Notes: generated from the sequence alone by a model not told the origin. A DNA stretch of 64,000 bases from an uncultured Hormoscilla sp. (GCA_963921275.4 OZ001293.3:4448001-4512000), one strand, 5' to 3'; positions 21,226 to 34,000 are shown, counted from the stretch's first letter. Made by a program: numbers and translations.

Positions 21226-23916
21226 TCATATCTCCAGTCCAGCACGACGGGCTAGAGATAAAACCTTAGCGCGACCAGCATTCTGGGTAAATTTTAATCC
21301 AAAACGATAGATTTCAGCCAGATAATACTCATCTCCTTCGCGAAGGATGGCACCGTGAGCTGACAATGTCTTGATTTCTGCTAAAGTTAATTCAGCATCT
21401 TCCTGCGTGAATGGGATTTTGCGATTTTCTACTGGCAGGTTAACCAGTTTAGTAAAGATATTTTCCAAGGCTGTGTTTTCGATCTCAATTTCCTCTATTT
21501 TCTTGTGGCTACATTCAGGTAACGCTTCCCTCATTGCTGTAGGAACGAGGAGCCGATCTTGCCAATAAGTATCATCGATAGACTTCTTTGCTGCTATATG
21601 TAAAAACCGTACCAAGTCCCGCGACTGAATTTGTCCATTGTAATCAGAAAGTGCGGCAATAACAAACCGATCGGACATAGCTTCACGAGAGCGATCGCTA
21701 CCCAATTTCTTCCCCCATAAAGGTACTAGAGCTTTACTCAGTTTTTCTTTACTCATATCGGTAAGTTTGGCAGCATTATCAATGCTTGGCATAATACCGG
21801 CCTGTTTCATTATCCAAGCAACCAATCGCAGTGCTTCTTCCCGATTCCATTTTAAGGCATAAGACTGATAACGAGCCATCATTTGGGCAGCATTTTGGTG
21901 AATAGCAGCCAGCACCATATCTTGCCGCACAAAAATCAAAATTCCCAAAGGACGCCCCGGTTGCTGGGACAACCACTCCGGTACTTCCTGAAGTAAAGCC
22001 CGTAAAGCTGTCTGTTCAGTTTCCTGACTAGCAAAGTTTTGAAACAGGTCTTCGAGACCATCAAGGACCACAACCAATTGCTGTTGCTTCTTAACCAGAT
22101 GAGCAGTCAAATCTTTACCAGCACCTTCTGTGTTAGGTTGAAACCCAACATTCCAAGCAATTAAATCTAGCCAGCGATCGCGCCATTGCCCTTCATGCAG
22201 ATTTTCCTGATAACGATCTCTAATATAATCCCGAATCGTGCTAGCTGCTTGCGGCTCGTCAAACCCCAAGTCCTTTGATGTCTTGCTGCGAACTTTTTCC
22301 ACTATATTCTGAGCGTTATCCCCAAGGTTTTTTGATGACATCATTGGCGATATCACAGCCTTTACCTGAACGTTTATGACCAGAGCAGCATTAGCAAAAG
22401 TCTGCCAATTGTATCGGCGCACTATCTGTAAGAAGCTGTAAGTCTTGCCCGCACCTTTCGCACCCACAATTACCGCGATCGGGACTTGTAGTCGGTAATC
22501 GGATGCCAAGTTACGTAAGGGCATGGTAGCCAAAAAATTATCAACTTCTGCCCCCTCTGCATACACCAGTTTTTCAGATAGTTCGGCGAGCTTTTCTCTT
22601 TGAGACCTTAAACTCGGAATATTTTCACGATCGGGTTCAACTCCCAGACTTGGCAACCACTCCATTACAGGTCGTATAGCATCCACAATTCCCGCACGTT
22701 GGATCCGCATAATTACATCTTTCCAACTGGAAGGTAAAACCACCAAACTCCCATCGAAGGGAGTGGTTACTCTCAGAATGTCACGGTCTTCCTCTAGAAA
22801 TGGCTGGGCGGCTTCTAGCAGTTTATTTTCTTGTGACACTATATTGTGTTGTTCATCTTCTGGCACTTGGGCGAAAATTAAGGCAGGTAGTGGATCTTTT
22901 TCACGAAGGAAAGGCGATCGCTCTGAGAGCAGTTCTAAGAGTTTAATCGTGCCAGAAACAGACTGTGCGCTCAAAGTAGTAACAAAAATCCGGTAGACTC
23001 GCGGGTCTAAAATTAGACCAGAGGCAAGTTCCGAGAGTCCAGCCCGCAAATCGATCAATACCACATCTACACCGAGAGCTTTCCCCAGACTGGCTAAGAT
23101 GTTTGTCAAAATAAACGCATCTTTAGAACCCTGGATTAGGTGTTCTGGTTTGATTGCCAACAAACTAAATCCAGCCTTGGAGGTAACTCCAGCGCTGGAA
23201 CGGAATGAAGGCAAAACATAAATTCCGTCAATTCGGGTATTGGCCAGTCGATCGGCTACCAATTCAATCGCCGACTCTGCTTCCGGAGAAAAATCTCCAT
23301 GAGCGAGGGCGATCAGGTCGGCAAACGATACCGGTGGTAAGGGAAATCTCTGCTCAAACAACCAACTAATTCCCGGTGCCTCTAAGTCTCCATCTACCAG
23401 CAGAACTCGCGGTTTTTCCGTGAGGGAAAAATCAGCAGCGATCGCTTGTGCCAAAGCCAGAGCGTGAGTTGTCCTGCCCACGCCTCCCTTGAAGGAATGG
23501 AAAGCAACTACTGGCGGACAATCTGCCGGTAAAACTTCTGGAGGTTCCATATCTTGACGGGGAGGCCAAAGGACTGTTGGTCTGGACAAACTGGGGCTCA
23601 GTCTGGGAGTATAGGGTTCTTCGTCTGTTTCTTCAAAACGTACTGCCAGAGTCCGTTGATTGACTGAGACAGCTTCTAAAATAATTAAACCTTCTGGCAT
23701 TTCCTGTTCGGAATCAATTTGGAACCGAGGATCGTATACTTCCCCCAGCCACTTGAGTGCCGCCTCTTGAGTGCCGGGACGAATTCCCATCGTTACTTCA
23801 TCCCAATAGGCTCTCACCCAAACTAACCATTCTGGCCACTCACCTTGCTGTTGCTTCCGGAGCAACACCTCTTCTACGTCAACCCACGTGTACAGACGAA
23901 TATCTGATGGAATCAT
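21226..23916 (-). CDS. ParA/MinD-like domain fused to a second P-loop NTPase (KGGVGR variant)
   Basis: FHSFKGGVGRTT, LVDGDLEAPG, IDLRAGLSE; second Walker A GAKGAGKT and Walker B VVVLDGLED. Confidence 0.85.
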   Translation of the reverse strand: MIPSDIRLYTWVDVEEVLLRKQQQGEWPEWLVWVRAYWDEVTMGIRPGTQEAALKWLGEVYDPRFQIDSEQEMPEGLIILEAVSVNQRTLAVRFEETDEEPYTPRLSPSLSRPTVLWPPRQDMEPPEVLPADCPPVVAFHSFKGGVGRTTHALALAQAIAADFSLTEKPRVLLVDGDLEAPGISWLFEQRFPLPPVSFADLIALAHGDFSPEAESAIELVADRLANTRIDGIYVLPSFRSSAGVTSKAGFSLLAIKPEHLIQGSKDAFILTNILASLGKALGVDVVLIDLRAGLSELASGLILDPRVYRIFVTTLSAQSVSGTIKLLELLSERSPFLREKDPLPALIFAQVPEDEQHNIVSQENKLLEAAQPFLEEDRDILRVTTPFDGSLVVLPSSWKDVIMRIQRAGIVDAIRPVMEWLPSLGVEPDRENIPSLRSQREKLAELSEKLVYAEGAEVDNFLATMPLRNLASDYRLQVPIAVIVGAKGAGKTYSFLQIVRRYNWQTFANAALVINVQVKAVISPMMSSKNLGDNAQNIVEKVRSKTSKDLGFDEPQAASTIRDYIRDRYQENLHEGQWRDRWLDLIAWNVGFQPNTEGAGKDLTAHLVKKQQQLVVVLDGLEDLFQNFASQETEQTALRALLQEVPEWLSQQPGRPLGILIFVRQDMVLAAIHQNAAQMMARYQSYALKWNREEALRLVAWIMKQAGIMPSIDNAAKLTDMSKEKLSKALVPLWGKKLGSDRSREAMSDRFVIAALSDYNGQIQSRDLVRFLHIAAKKSIDDTYWQDRLLVPTAMREALPECSHKKIEEIEIENTALENIFTKLVNLPVENRKIPFTQEDAELTLAEIKTLSAHGAILREGDEYYLAEIYRFGLKFTQNAGRAKVLSLARRAGLEI

Positions 23917-24554
23917 CGCTTTATGTTCTCCTTAATCCAATTACAAACATTTTTTAACCATCCTACCACTACTTTTTCATCCTCTGACTTCATCCCAATG
24001 CCATAACGCCACGCCTGATGAGCTTTTTCTATATCTAAATTTGCACCCCCACCGGCTAAATATAAGTTGGGAGTATTACAACTTATACTTGGAGCTACCT
24101 TGAGTTTTTTTACCCATTTATCTAAATTGTGACCGTATTTTGAAAGAAAACTTTTGTCTTTTACTTGATTAGTATTTCGGAGATTTTTCCTCTGTAACCA
24201 GATACTCTTTAGACCACATTCTACAGCATAAAACAGCAGCCAGTAATCTGAAATACTTTTTTCTTCTCTAATTGCATCCTTATGAGCATTAAATGCTTTT
24301 CGTAGTTCACTGACACCAGCATGGAGCATCCCATCTCCCAGCTTTTTTTGACTTTTGAGTTTGATTATCTCATTTTTGAGCTTGATTATCTCATTTATCT
24401 CATTTTTGAGCTTGTATAAAGACGCGATCGCTGCCGGTTCCTGGCTGGGGTCGATCCTAGACTCAATGTAATCGAGCAGTTGCTCGAAGGATTTCAGGGT
24501 TTGCAGGTCCGGTTGCACTCCCGAAAGGTCGATATTTGGAAAATCTGCCGTCAT
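23913..24554 (-). CDS. Protein with HEPN-like C-terminal domain
   Basis: LLFYAVECGLKS...YGHNL...WRYG; 4-bp overlap with the ATPase start; may start at internal MLHAG. Confidence 0.6.
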   Translation of the reverse strand: MTADFPNIDLSGVQPDLQTLKSFEQLLDYIESRIDPSQEPAAIASLYKLKNEINEIIKLKNEIIKLKSQKKLGDGMLHAGVSELRKAFNAHKDAIREEKSISDYWLLFYAVECGLKSIWLQRKNLRNTNQVKDKSFLSKYGHNLDKWVKKLKVAPSISCNTPNLYLAGGGANLDIEKAHQAWRYGIGMKSEDEKVVVGWLKNVCNWIKENIKR

Positions 24555-24619
24555 CTTGGCTTCAGCAATACAAGTTAAGACAAAGGGTTGCCTTTCTTCC
24601 AGATCTTTAAGCCATTTTA

Positions 24620-25482
24620 GGGCGTGTCATCAGTTAGAAGAAGAGAGGATAGAATAGATGAACTGAAGAAAAGGAAAGAGACAGAAAAATAGATATGCAC
24701 CCTTGAATGACCAGTGGGAAAAAATCAAGGATTTCCTACCGGGAAGAGAAGGCCATGTAGTCCGAACAGCAAAAAATAATCGACTATTTGTGGAAGCAGT
24801 GCTGTATCGGTACAAAGCGAGAATCCCGTGTCCAGACTTACCCGAGAGATTTGGAGACTAACGAGATGTACATACGAGGTTTAGCCGAGGGAACAAAAAC
24901 AGAGTGTGGGAAAAGATCTTCTTTGTGTTGGCGGAAGATGCAGATAACGAGTATGGAATGATTGATGCCACAATAGTCAGAGCCTATCAACACAGTGCCG
25001 GTGCGCCAAAAAAAAGAATCCTCTGTCGCCAGGAGTCTGAACACAATAACGACCAAGCCATTGGTAGAAGTCTCCTCCGATTAAGTACTTTGATTCATAC
25101 CACTTATGACGCTCTTTTTAATCCGGAGGGCTTCTTTTTGACAGTCCGACAAGCCCACGAGCTCGATAGCGCAGATGTCCTGCGCCATCGAGCTTGAAGC
25201 TTCCGCCATGTTGGCTTCTAAGGCTGATGATGCTGATGAACGAGTCCGTCAGAAACTTCACCCTCTTTGTTCCATAGCGGTTATTCCCTCTCAGGGGAAC
25301 CGGAAAGAACCTCACTCCTACGATCGGCATCTCTACAAAGCTCGCCATCTGCGCCAAAAACTTTTTTGCCAATCTTATGCTGTATCTTGCTATTGCCACC
25401 CGTTACGATCAAACCGCTCGCAATTTTTTAGGGGCGATTTATCTGGTGGCTTGTGTCATCTGGCTTAACTGATGACACGCCT
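24620..25482 (+). mobile_element. IS5 family element, degenerate
   Basis: Ends GGGCGTGTCATCAGTTA / TAACTGATGACACGCCT flanked by TA; transposase fragments (IDATIVRAYQHSAG, YDRHLYKARH) with stops and frameshifts. Confidence 0.9.
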
Positions 25483-26034
25483 TAGATATCGAAGGGGACG
25501 AAACTGGACAACAGTTGGTCGGGCGTCACTTTACTCACGATGCCTAAGATGCGATCGGACTCAGCAATCCCAATTATAGTATTAGTGCCCCGAGCCGACA
25601 AAGTCAAATCATAAACAGTTAATCCTCCCGTCAGTCCTATCCGATCTTCACCAACTACCAAGTCTACGACTACATCTGCTTGTCTCCTGTCAACTACATC
25701 TGCTGATGCTGACAACACAAACAGATCGCTACCATCACCGCCCAGGAGAATATCCCGACCAGCATCTCCACTAAGGGTATCGTCTCCTGCATCTCCTCGC
25801 AGCAGGTCATCTCCCCGACTGCCAAACATAATGTCACTCCCCATGCCCCCAGTCAAGGTGTCAGCACCGAGATCGGCAAAGAGGATGTCATCGCCCTGGG
25901 TACCCGTCAGATTATCATCAGAGTACGAGCCAAGGATCAGAGTCACTGTTTGTGGGGGCGCTGGCGGACCCGCGATCGCCACCGTTACGGTAGCACTGGA
26001 TGTACTACCATTAGCATCAGAAATACTATAAGTA

Positions 26035-27046
26035 ACTCAAGTTGCGACCTATAAAAATTGGATACAAAAAGCTATGATAAAGAGAATTATTTTCAACTCT
26101 AATCCCTTAGATGTAACAGCATGAATTGACTTGGGAAACAAATTGGTGATTCGACTAAAACAGGTTTCAACTTGTTTTCTTGTTACTTTTTGTATATATT
26201 CAAAACAAGAATATTCTTTTCTTTTTGAGTTCTTTTTTCGCAAAGGTTTTAACATTATACTTGACGACTCTTTTAGTAAATCCTCTAATTGATAATCATT
26301 ATAAGCTTTATCTCCATAAACTATTGAATTTGATGGTAAGTCAAAGCCAAAAGATTGCAAAACTTTAAAATCATTATAACTACCAGGATCTAGATAAAAT
26401 TCTATTGGCTTTCCATTTTTGTTTACCAACATATGAACTCTTAATCCATAAAAATAACGTTTTTTACTGGCAATATACCCTCGATATTCTTCCTTGTTAT
26501 AAATTTGGCATCTATCAATCCTAATATTATCACATACTGGCACCGGGAAACTATCAAGAATATATTCTTGACCCGGATTGAGCTCTTTAAATGTTTGAGC
26601 TATAACTTGGAAGAAAAACATCCAAATTGGTTCGTCAATATTGTGTAATCGACGATTGAACCTACTTTTACTTAACAGATTTTTTATATACTTGTGTTGG
26701 ACCATAAATTGACAAGAGCGATCGTGGTGTCCTCCGAAAAAATATGCAGCAACTAATCCGACTGTCATCACTTCGGCATTGTTCATTTTTACTTGTGGAT
26801 CTTCTTTTATATTTAACGCTTTTAGTAGCTCGTCACAAAGAACAAAAATTGTTGTAATTATATCTTCCATCATCTACATCCCCCAGCAATTAACTATTAT
26901 TTTAGTACATTATAACCTATAAACAGCCAACCCGCCGTCTAGCACAAAAAAAATATAATTTTGTATCAAAAGCTACGAAATATCCCAAATATCTGTAAAG
27001 TATAAGTGGGTAATTCATATTTTTTTTAATAGGTCGCAACTTAGGT
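26035..27046 (-). mobile_element. IS982 family element, intact transposase 26049-26873
   Basis: Ends ACTCAAGTTGCGACC / GGTCGCAACTTAGGT; 8-bp duplication TATAAGTA; LDSFPVPVC, GYIASKKRYFYG, GDKAY. Confidence 0.93.
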
Positions 27047-28726
27047 TATAAGTAAAGCGGTCAAACCCAATGAATTCCGCTTCTGGAGTGTAAATTACCG
27101 CCGTACCACTATCATCAAGAGTGACAGTACCATTGCTAGGTTGAGTAAAGTCTTGCAGTAGGATATCCTCGTTATTGGTATCGCTGTCGTTCCCAAGCAC
27201 ATCAATGGTAATGGATTGATTTTGCTCGGTAGTAACCCGATCGGCGATCGCCAGAGGAGGGATGTTACCGAAGACAGTACTGCCGAACACCACATAGCTA
27301 GAGCCTGCACCATATGCCCCGATAATCAGGTCAGAGATGCCATCGCCGTTTACATCTCCACCACCGCTAACTAAGCTGCCAGAGAAGTCAAACGCTCCAA
27401 CACCATTGAGGACGAAGCCATTCAATCCGTTTAGTTCGCTCAAAGATAGGGTCGCTGGAAATCGATCTGCGCTCCCAAATACCACATAGCTCTTGCCCGC
27501 ATCAACAACATCTGCTCTTGATGCCCCGACGATCAAGTCATCAATGCCATCACCATTAATATCTCCCACACCGCTAACTGAGTCGCCAGAGTAGTCAAAT
27601 GCCTCAGCACCATTCAGGACGAAGCCATTGTTGCCGTCTAGGTCACTCAAAGATAGGGTTGCTGGAAATTCTTCTGACGTCCCGAATACCACATAGCTAG
27701 AGCCAGCATTGTTGCCACCTGTATCAACACCAACAGCCCCCACAATCAGATCATCTATCTCATCACCGTTGATATCTCCCGCACTACTGACTGAGCTACC
27801 TGATAAGTCATACTCATTAATGCCGTTGATGACAAAGCCATTGCTGCCGTCCAGTTCGCTCAAAGACAGCGTCCCTGGAAATCCTTCAGAACTGCCAAAC
27901 AACACATAGCTAGAGCCTACATCAAAAATCTCGCCTGCGTCAGCAAAGGGTGCCCCAATAATTAGGTCATCAATGCCATCGCTATTAATGTCTCCGGCAC
28001 TGCTAACCGCCAAACCTGATAAGTCAGAACTATTAATCCCATTCACGACGAAGCCGTTGCTGCCGTCCAGATCACTGACAGAAAGCGTCGCTAGAAATTC
28101 CTCTGAGCTGCCGAACAATATATAGCTAGCACCTGCATCAATGTTATCACCTGCTTCAGCAAAAATAGCTCCGATAATCAGGTCATCAATGCCATCGCCG
28201 TTAATATCCCCGGCACTGCTAGTTGAGAAACCTGATAAGTCACCTTCATTAATGCCAGCGATCGCGAACCCGTTGCTGCCATCCAGGTCATTCAGGTCAA
28301 GGGTCGCATCAAATACCTCATTTGAGCCAAACAGCACATAACTAGAGCCTGTATTATATATGCCGTTGGCGTCAACTCTTGGGGCCCCGATAATCAGGTC
28401 ATTGAAGCCATCGCCGTTGATATCCCCCGCACCACTAACTGAGCTGCCTAAGTTGTCACCTGCATTGATGCCAGAGATCGCGAACCCATTGCTGCCATCC
28501 AGGTTATCCAGGTCAAAGCTGGGAGGGTATTCCGACTGAGTGCCGAACAATACATAACTAGAGCCTGCCTGATAATTGCCGTTGGGGCTAGCGCCGTCTG
28601 CTCCAACAATCAAGTCATCAATGCCATCGCCGTTGATGTCTCCGGCAATGCTGACCGGGTCATAAGCATTGATGCCGGAGATAGCGAAACCATTGCTACC
28701 ATTTAAGTCAGAGAGATTGATAGATA

Positions 28727-29737
28727 ACCTAAGTTGCGACCTATTAAAAAAAATATGAATTACCCACTTAGACTTTACAGATATTTGGGATATTTCGTAG
28801 CTTTTAATACAAAATTATATTTTTTTTGTGCTAGACGGCGGGTTGGCTGTTTATAGGTTATAATGTACTAAAATAATAGTTAATTGCTGGGGGATGTAGA
28901 TGATGGAAGATATGATTACAACAATTTTTGTTCTTTGTGACGAGCTACTAAAAGCGTTAAATATAAAAGAAGATCCACAAGTAAAAATGAACAATGCCGA
29001 AGTGATGACAGTCGGATTAGTTGCTGCATATTTTTTCGGAGGACACCACGATCGCTCTTGTCAATTTATGGTCCAACACAAGTATATAAAAAATCTGTTA
29101 AGTAAAAGTAGGTTCAATCGTCGATTACACAATATTGAGGAACCAATTTGGATGTTTTTCTTTCAAGTTATAGCTCAAACATTTAAAGAGCTCAATCCGG
29201 GTCAAGAATATATTCTTGATAGTTTCCCGGTGCCAGTATGTGATAATATTAGGATTGATAGATGCCAAATTTATAACAAGGAAGAATATCGAGGCTATAT
29301 TGCCAGTAAAAAACGTTATTTTTATGGATTAAGAGTTCATATGTTGGTAAACAAAAATGGAAAGCCAATAGAATTTATCTAGATCCTGGTAGTTATAATG
29401 ATTTTAAAGTTTTGCAATCTTTTGGCTTTGACTTACCATCAAATTCAATAGTTTATGGAGATAAAGCTTATAATGATTATCAATTAGAGGATTTACTAAA
29501 AGAGTCGTCAAGTATAATGTTAAAACCTTTGCGAAAAAAAAACTCAAAAAGAAAAGAATATTCTTGTTTTGAATATATACAAAAAGTAACAAGAAAACAA
29601 GTTGAAACCTGTTTTAGTCAAATCACCAATTTGTTTCCCAAGTCAATTCATGCTGTTACATTTAAAAGATTAGAGTTGAAAATAATTCTCTTTATCATAG
29701 CTTTTTGTATCCAATTTTTATAGGTCGCAACTTGAGT
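28727..29737 (+). mobile_element. IS982 family element, frameshifted transposase
   Basis: Same ends; duplication TAGATA; 1-bp deletion near 29375 splits the ORF. Confidence 0.93.
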
Positions 29738-30367
29738 TAGATACTGGCGCTACGGTTACGTTGACATTCACTGTCGCAGTAGCAGTGTCACTCCCGTCCG
29801 AGATCGAGTAAGTAAAGCTGTCATCGCCAAGGAAACCAATGTCCGGGGTGTAAATCAACTTGTCATCGGTCAGATCGTCCGGGGTGCCGCCGTCATCGCG
29901 CGTCACCGTACCGTTGCTAGCAGTGCCAAAGTCTACAAGTAAGATGGGGTCGCTATTGTCATCTCCGTCGTTGATGAGAACGTCGATCGTCACAGGCGTA
30001 TTTTGTGTGGGGTTGGCACGATCGGTCATCCAGGCGATCGCCATTTATATCCCCAGCACCACTGACTGCGAACCCTGAGTTATCGCGCTCATTAATACCG
30101 TTAATAGCGAAGCCATTGCTGCCATCTAGTTCTGAAAGATTTAGAGATATGATGCCCATTGCGAATTTTTCCTTGCTAATCTTTGCTATTATCCTACAAA
30201 AACTAATTTACCACACGCTGCGCTGTTTTTGGGAAGTTACCTGAGTAACGATACCCAAGATTATATCAGACTCAGCAATGCGGATCCCAATTCCAGAATC
30301 AGATATTCCTCAACACCGGTAATATCTACGACCGATCTACTCACAATTATCATAGAAACGGAAGAGT

Positions 30368-30726
30368 CGTGCTCAGACACAGAGTATTCGTACTCAGACT
30401 TCGTGCTCAGGCATAGAGTATTCGTGCTCAGACACAGAATATTCGTACTCAGACACAGAGTATTCGTGCTCAGACACAGAATATTCGTGCTCAGACACAG
30501 AGTATTCGTGCTCAGACACAGAATATTCGTACTCAGACACAGAATATTCGTGCTCAGACACAGAGTATTCGTGCTCAGACACAGAGTATTCGTGCTCAGA
30601 CACAGAGTATTCGTGCTCAGACACAGAGTATTCGTGCTCAGACACAGAGTATTCGTGCTCAGACACAGAGTATTCGTGCTCAGACACAGAGTATTTGTGC
30701 TCAGACACAGAGTATTCGTGCTCAGG
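30368..30726. repeat. 21-bp tandem repeat array (~16 units)
   Basis: Unit CGTGCTCAGACACAGAGTATT with minor variants and no spacers. Confidence 0.95.
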
Positions 30727-31091
30727 CGTCGTGTAGGGCCGGTAGATATAAAAGACCGCTTTTCAGCAAGTGATTCATTTCGTATACGAATCGTAGACGA
30801 AGAAAGCCAGCGTCGGAGGAAACCTGCTGGGGTATGAGGTTGCGAAATATGGGTTAAATTGAAAGACACCCAACTCCGACGGTATAGTAGCAAATAAATT
30901 TGATAATTTCCGTAAAATATGTTTTAATGACTGTAGTTAAAGCAGGAAATGTTACCAATGTCGCCGGTAACCAACACTTGAGTTATAATAGACAAACGTG
31001 CGACTCGTTCCCGCGTAAGTCGGAAATATGACGATAGTCGGGCTAGTATTACACCAGCATTTTTACAGAAAAATACAAGAGAAACCAAAAA

Positions 31092-34000
31092 ATGAAGCAT
31101 AATACCAATGCCAACACCATGGTATTAGTGGATGCCTCCCTAGAAAACTACCAGCAGCTTATAGACGGCATCCGGCCTGGGGCCAAATCTTTCCTCTTAG
31201 ACCTTCGGTCCGATGGCATCAAACAGATCGGCGAACTTCTCCGCCTCTACCCTGCAGAAGTGGAAAGTAAAACAACTCCTACTCTACGGCTGTAACGTCG
31301 CCGCCGGAGATGCAGGAAAGGAGTTGATGACTAAGCTACAGGCCCTGACCGGGGCATCCCTCGCCGCCTCTACTACCCGGACAGGGGCAGCAGCCCGGGG
31401 CGGAAATTGGAAGTTGGAGTGGCGAACTCCGGGGATGAAAACTCCCTTAGCATTGTCCGCAGAAGCTCAGATGGCCTATGGGGGCATATTGACCATCTCC
31501 CAGCAGGAGTATCAGGCCTTAAGGGCTCTCTATCAAAGCACCAATGGGGCTTTTTGGAGTAACAATACAGGCTGGCGGGACTGGAATTTCAACAGCCCAA
31601 CTCCCCCCGATGCTTCTGTTGTTAATGGTTGGCATGGAGTGACGGTAACTAACAACAGGGTGATTAGGCTCCGGCTGGACTTCAACGGACTGACTGACAG
31701 CATCCCGACGGAGTTAGGGAATCTTTCCAATTTGGTGCAGCTCTTCCTGAACTCCAACCAACTGACTGGCAGCATCCCGACGGAGTTAGGGAATCTTTTC
31801 AATTTGGAGGAGCTCGAGCTGTACTCCAACCAACTGACTGGCAGCATTCCGAAGGAGTTAGGAAATCTTTCCAATTTGGAGGAGCTCTGGCTGGACTCCA
31901 ACCAACTGACTGGCAGCATCCCGAAGGAGCTAGGGAATCTTTCTAATTTGCAACTTCTCTTGCTGAACTCTAACCAACTGACTGGCAGCATCCCGAAGGA
32001 GTTAGGGAATCTTTCCAATTTGGAGAATCTCCGGCTGTTCTCCAACCAACTGACTGGCAGCATCCCGACGGAGCTAGGGAATCTTTCCAATTTGGAGGAG
32101 CTCGAGCTGTACTCCAACCAACTGACTGGCAGCATCCCGAAGGAGTTAGGGAATCTTTCCAATTTGCAACTTCTCCAGTCGTAGGGACTTTGTCTACTAC
32201 CGACCCCGACGAGGGAGATAGCTTTACCTACATGCTTGGATCGGGCAACAATGCCTTTACTATAGTAGGGGACCAACTGCTAACTAACAGTTCTTTGGAC
32301 TTTGAGACTCAGTCCAGTTACAGCATCCGCGTCCAGACTACTGACTCTGCTAATAACAGTTATTCGGAGGTCTTGACTATTAACGTGAATGATGTTCCCG
32401 AACCTCCTACCTCCATAGTCTTTAGCAGCAGCAGCATCAACGAAAACTCTCCATTGGGTGCAGTCGTAGGGACTTTGTCTACTACTGACCCCGACGAGGG
32501 AGATAGCTTTACCTACATGCTTGGATCGGGCAACAATGCCTTTACTATAGTAGGGGACCAACTGCTAACTAACAGTTCTTTGGACTTTGAGACTCAGTCC
32601 AGTTACAGCATCCGCGTCCAGACTACTGACTCTGCTAGTAATAGTTTTGAGGAGGTCTTGACTATTAATGTGAATGATGTCGGCGAGTCTCCTACCGACC
32701 TAGTCCTTAGCAACAGCAGCATTGATGAAAACTCTCCATTGGGTGCAGTCGTAGGGACTTTGTCTACTACCGACCCCGACGAGGGAGATAGCTTTACCTA
32801 CATGCTTGGATCGGGCAACAATGCTTTTACTATAGTAGGGGACCAACTGCTAACTAACAGTTCTTTGGACTTTGAGACTCAGTCCAGTTACAGCATCTGC
32901 GTCCAGACTACTGATGCTGGTGGGCTTAGTTACTCGGAGGCTTTTACTATTAATGTCAACGATGTCAACGAGTCTCCTACCGATCTAGTCCTTAGCAACA
33001 GCAGCATTGATGAAAACTCTCCTGATAATGCAGTCGTAGGGACTTTTTCAACTACCGACGAAGATAATGGAGATACCTTTACCTACCAGTTAGTCGGAGG
33101 CGACGATGCCTTTACTATAGTAGGGGACCAACTGCTAACTAACAGTTCTTTAGACTTTGAGACTCAGTCCAGTTACAGCTTCCGCGTCCAGACTACTGAT
33201 GCTGGTGGGCTTAGTTACTCGGAAGCCTTGACTATTAGCGTCAACAATGTCAACGAGTCTCCGACCTCCATAGTCCTTAGCAACAGCAGCATTGATGAAA
33301 ACTCTCCATTGGGTGCAGTCGTAGGGACTTTGTCTACTACCGACCCCGACGAGGGAGATAGCTTTACCTACATGCTTGGATCGGGCAACAATGCCTTTAC
33401 TATAGTAGGGGACCAACTGCTAACTAACAGTTCTTTGGACTTTGAGACTCAGTCCAGTTACAGCCTCCGCGTCCAGACTACTGACTCTGCTAGTAATAGT
33501 TTTGAGGAGGTCTTGACTATTAATGTTATTGATGAAGCAGAGAATTCTTCTCCTACCGATATAGTTCTTAGCAGCAGTAGTATTGATGAAAATTCTCCAT
33601 TGGGTGCAGTTGTGGGGACTTTCTCTACTACTGACCCCGACGAAGGAGATAGCTTTACCTACATGCTTGGATCGGGCAACAATGCCTTTACTATAGTAGG
33701 GGACCAACTGCTAACTAACAGTTCCCCTGACTTTGAGACCCAGTCCAGTTACAGCATCCGCGTCCAGACTACTGACTCTACTGGGAACAGTTACTCAGAA
33801 GCCTTGACTATTAGCGTCATTGATGTTCCCGAACCTCCGACCTCCATAGTCCTTAGCAACAGCAGCATTGATTCTAACTCCCCTGATAATGCAGTCGTAG
33901 GGACTTTCTCAACTACCGATCCTGACTCTTCCGATCCCTTTACCTACCAGTTAGTCACAGGCGACGGTGCCGATGATAACGACGCCTTCACCATAGAAGG

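Larger units (their letters stand above)
25482..30159 (-). pseudogene. FG-GAP (integrin-alpha-like) repeat / Ig-like / RTX surface protein, disrupted
   Basis: AGDINGDGIDDLIIGA repeats, TIDVLxND Ig-like domains, Gly/Asp-rich RTX-like tail; split by two IS982 copies and a frame-shifting deletion near 30030. Confidence 0.88.

Noticed and set aside
21226..23916. Chromosome or plasmid partitioning ParA
   Set aside because: 896 aa with a second NTPase domain, variant Walker A and no ParB partner
24555..24619. HEPN-like gene truncated by the IS5 insertion
   Set aside because: The frame is open up to the IS, but removing the IS only restores the stop codon of the FG-GAP gene, so truncation is not shown
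26035..29737. Composite transposon formed by the inverted IS982 pair
   Set aside because: Each copy has its own target duplication and the enclosed DNA is continuous with the flanking gene
30368..30726. CRISPR array
   Set aside because: Units are head-to-tail 21-mers with no unique spacers, and there are no cas genes in the window
30229..30893. ORFs with FVLRHRV, LCLSTNT or SVSEHEY repeats as real proteins
   Set aside because: They are open in several frames only because the 21-bp unit lacks stops; no recognisable domain
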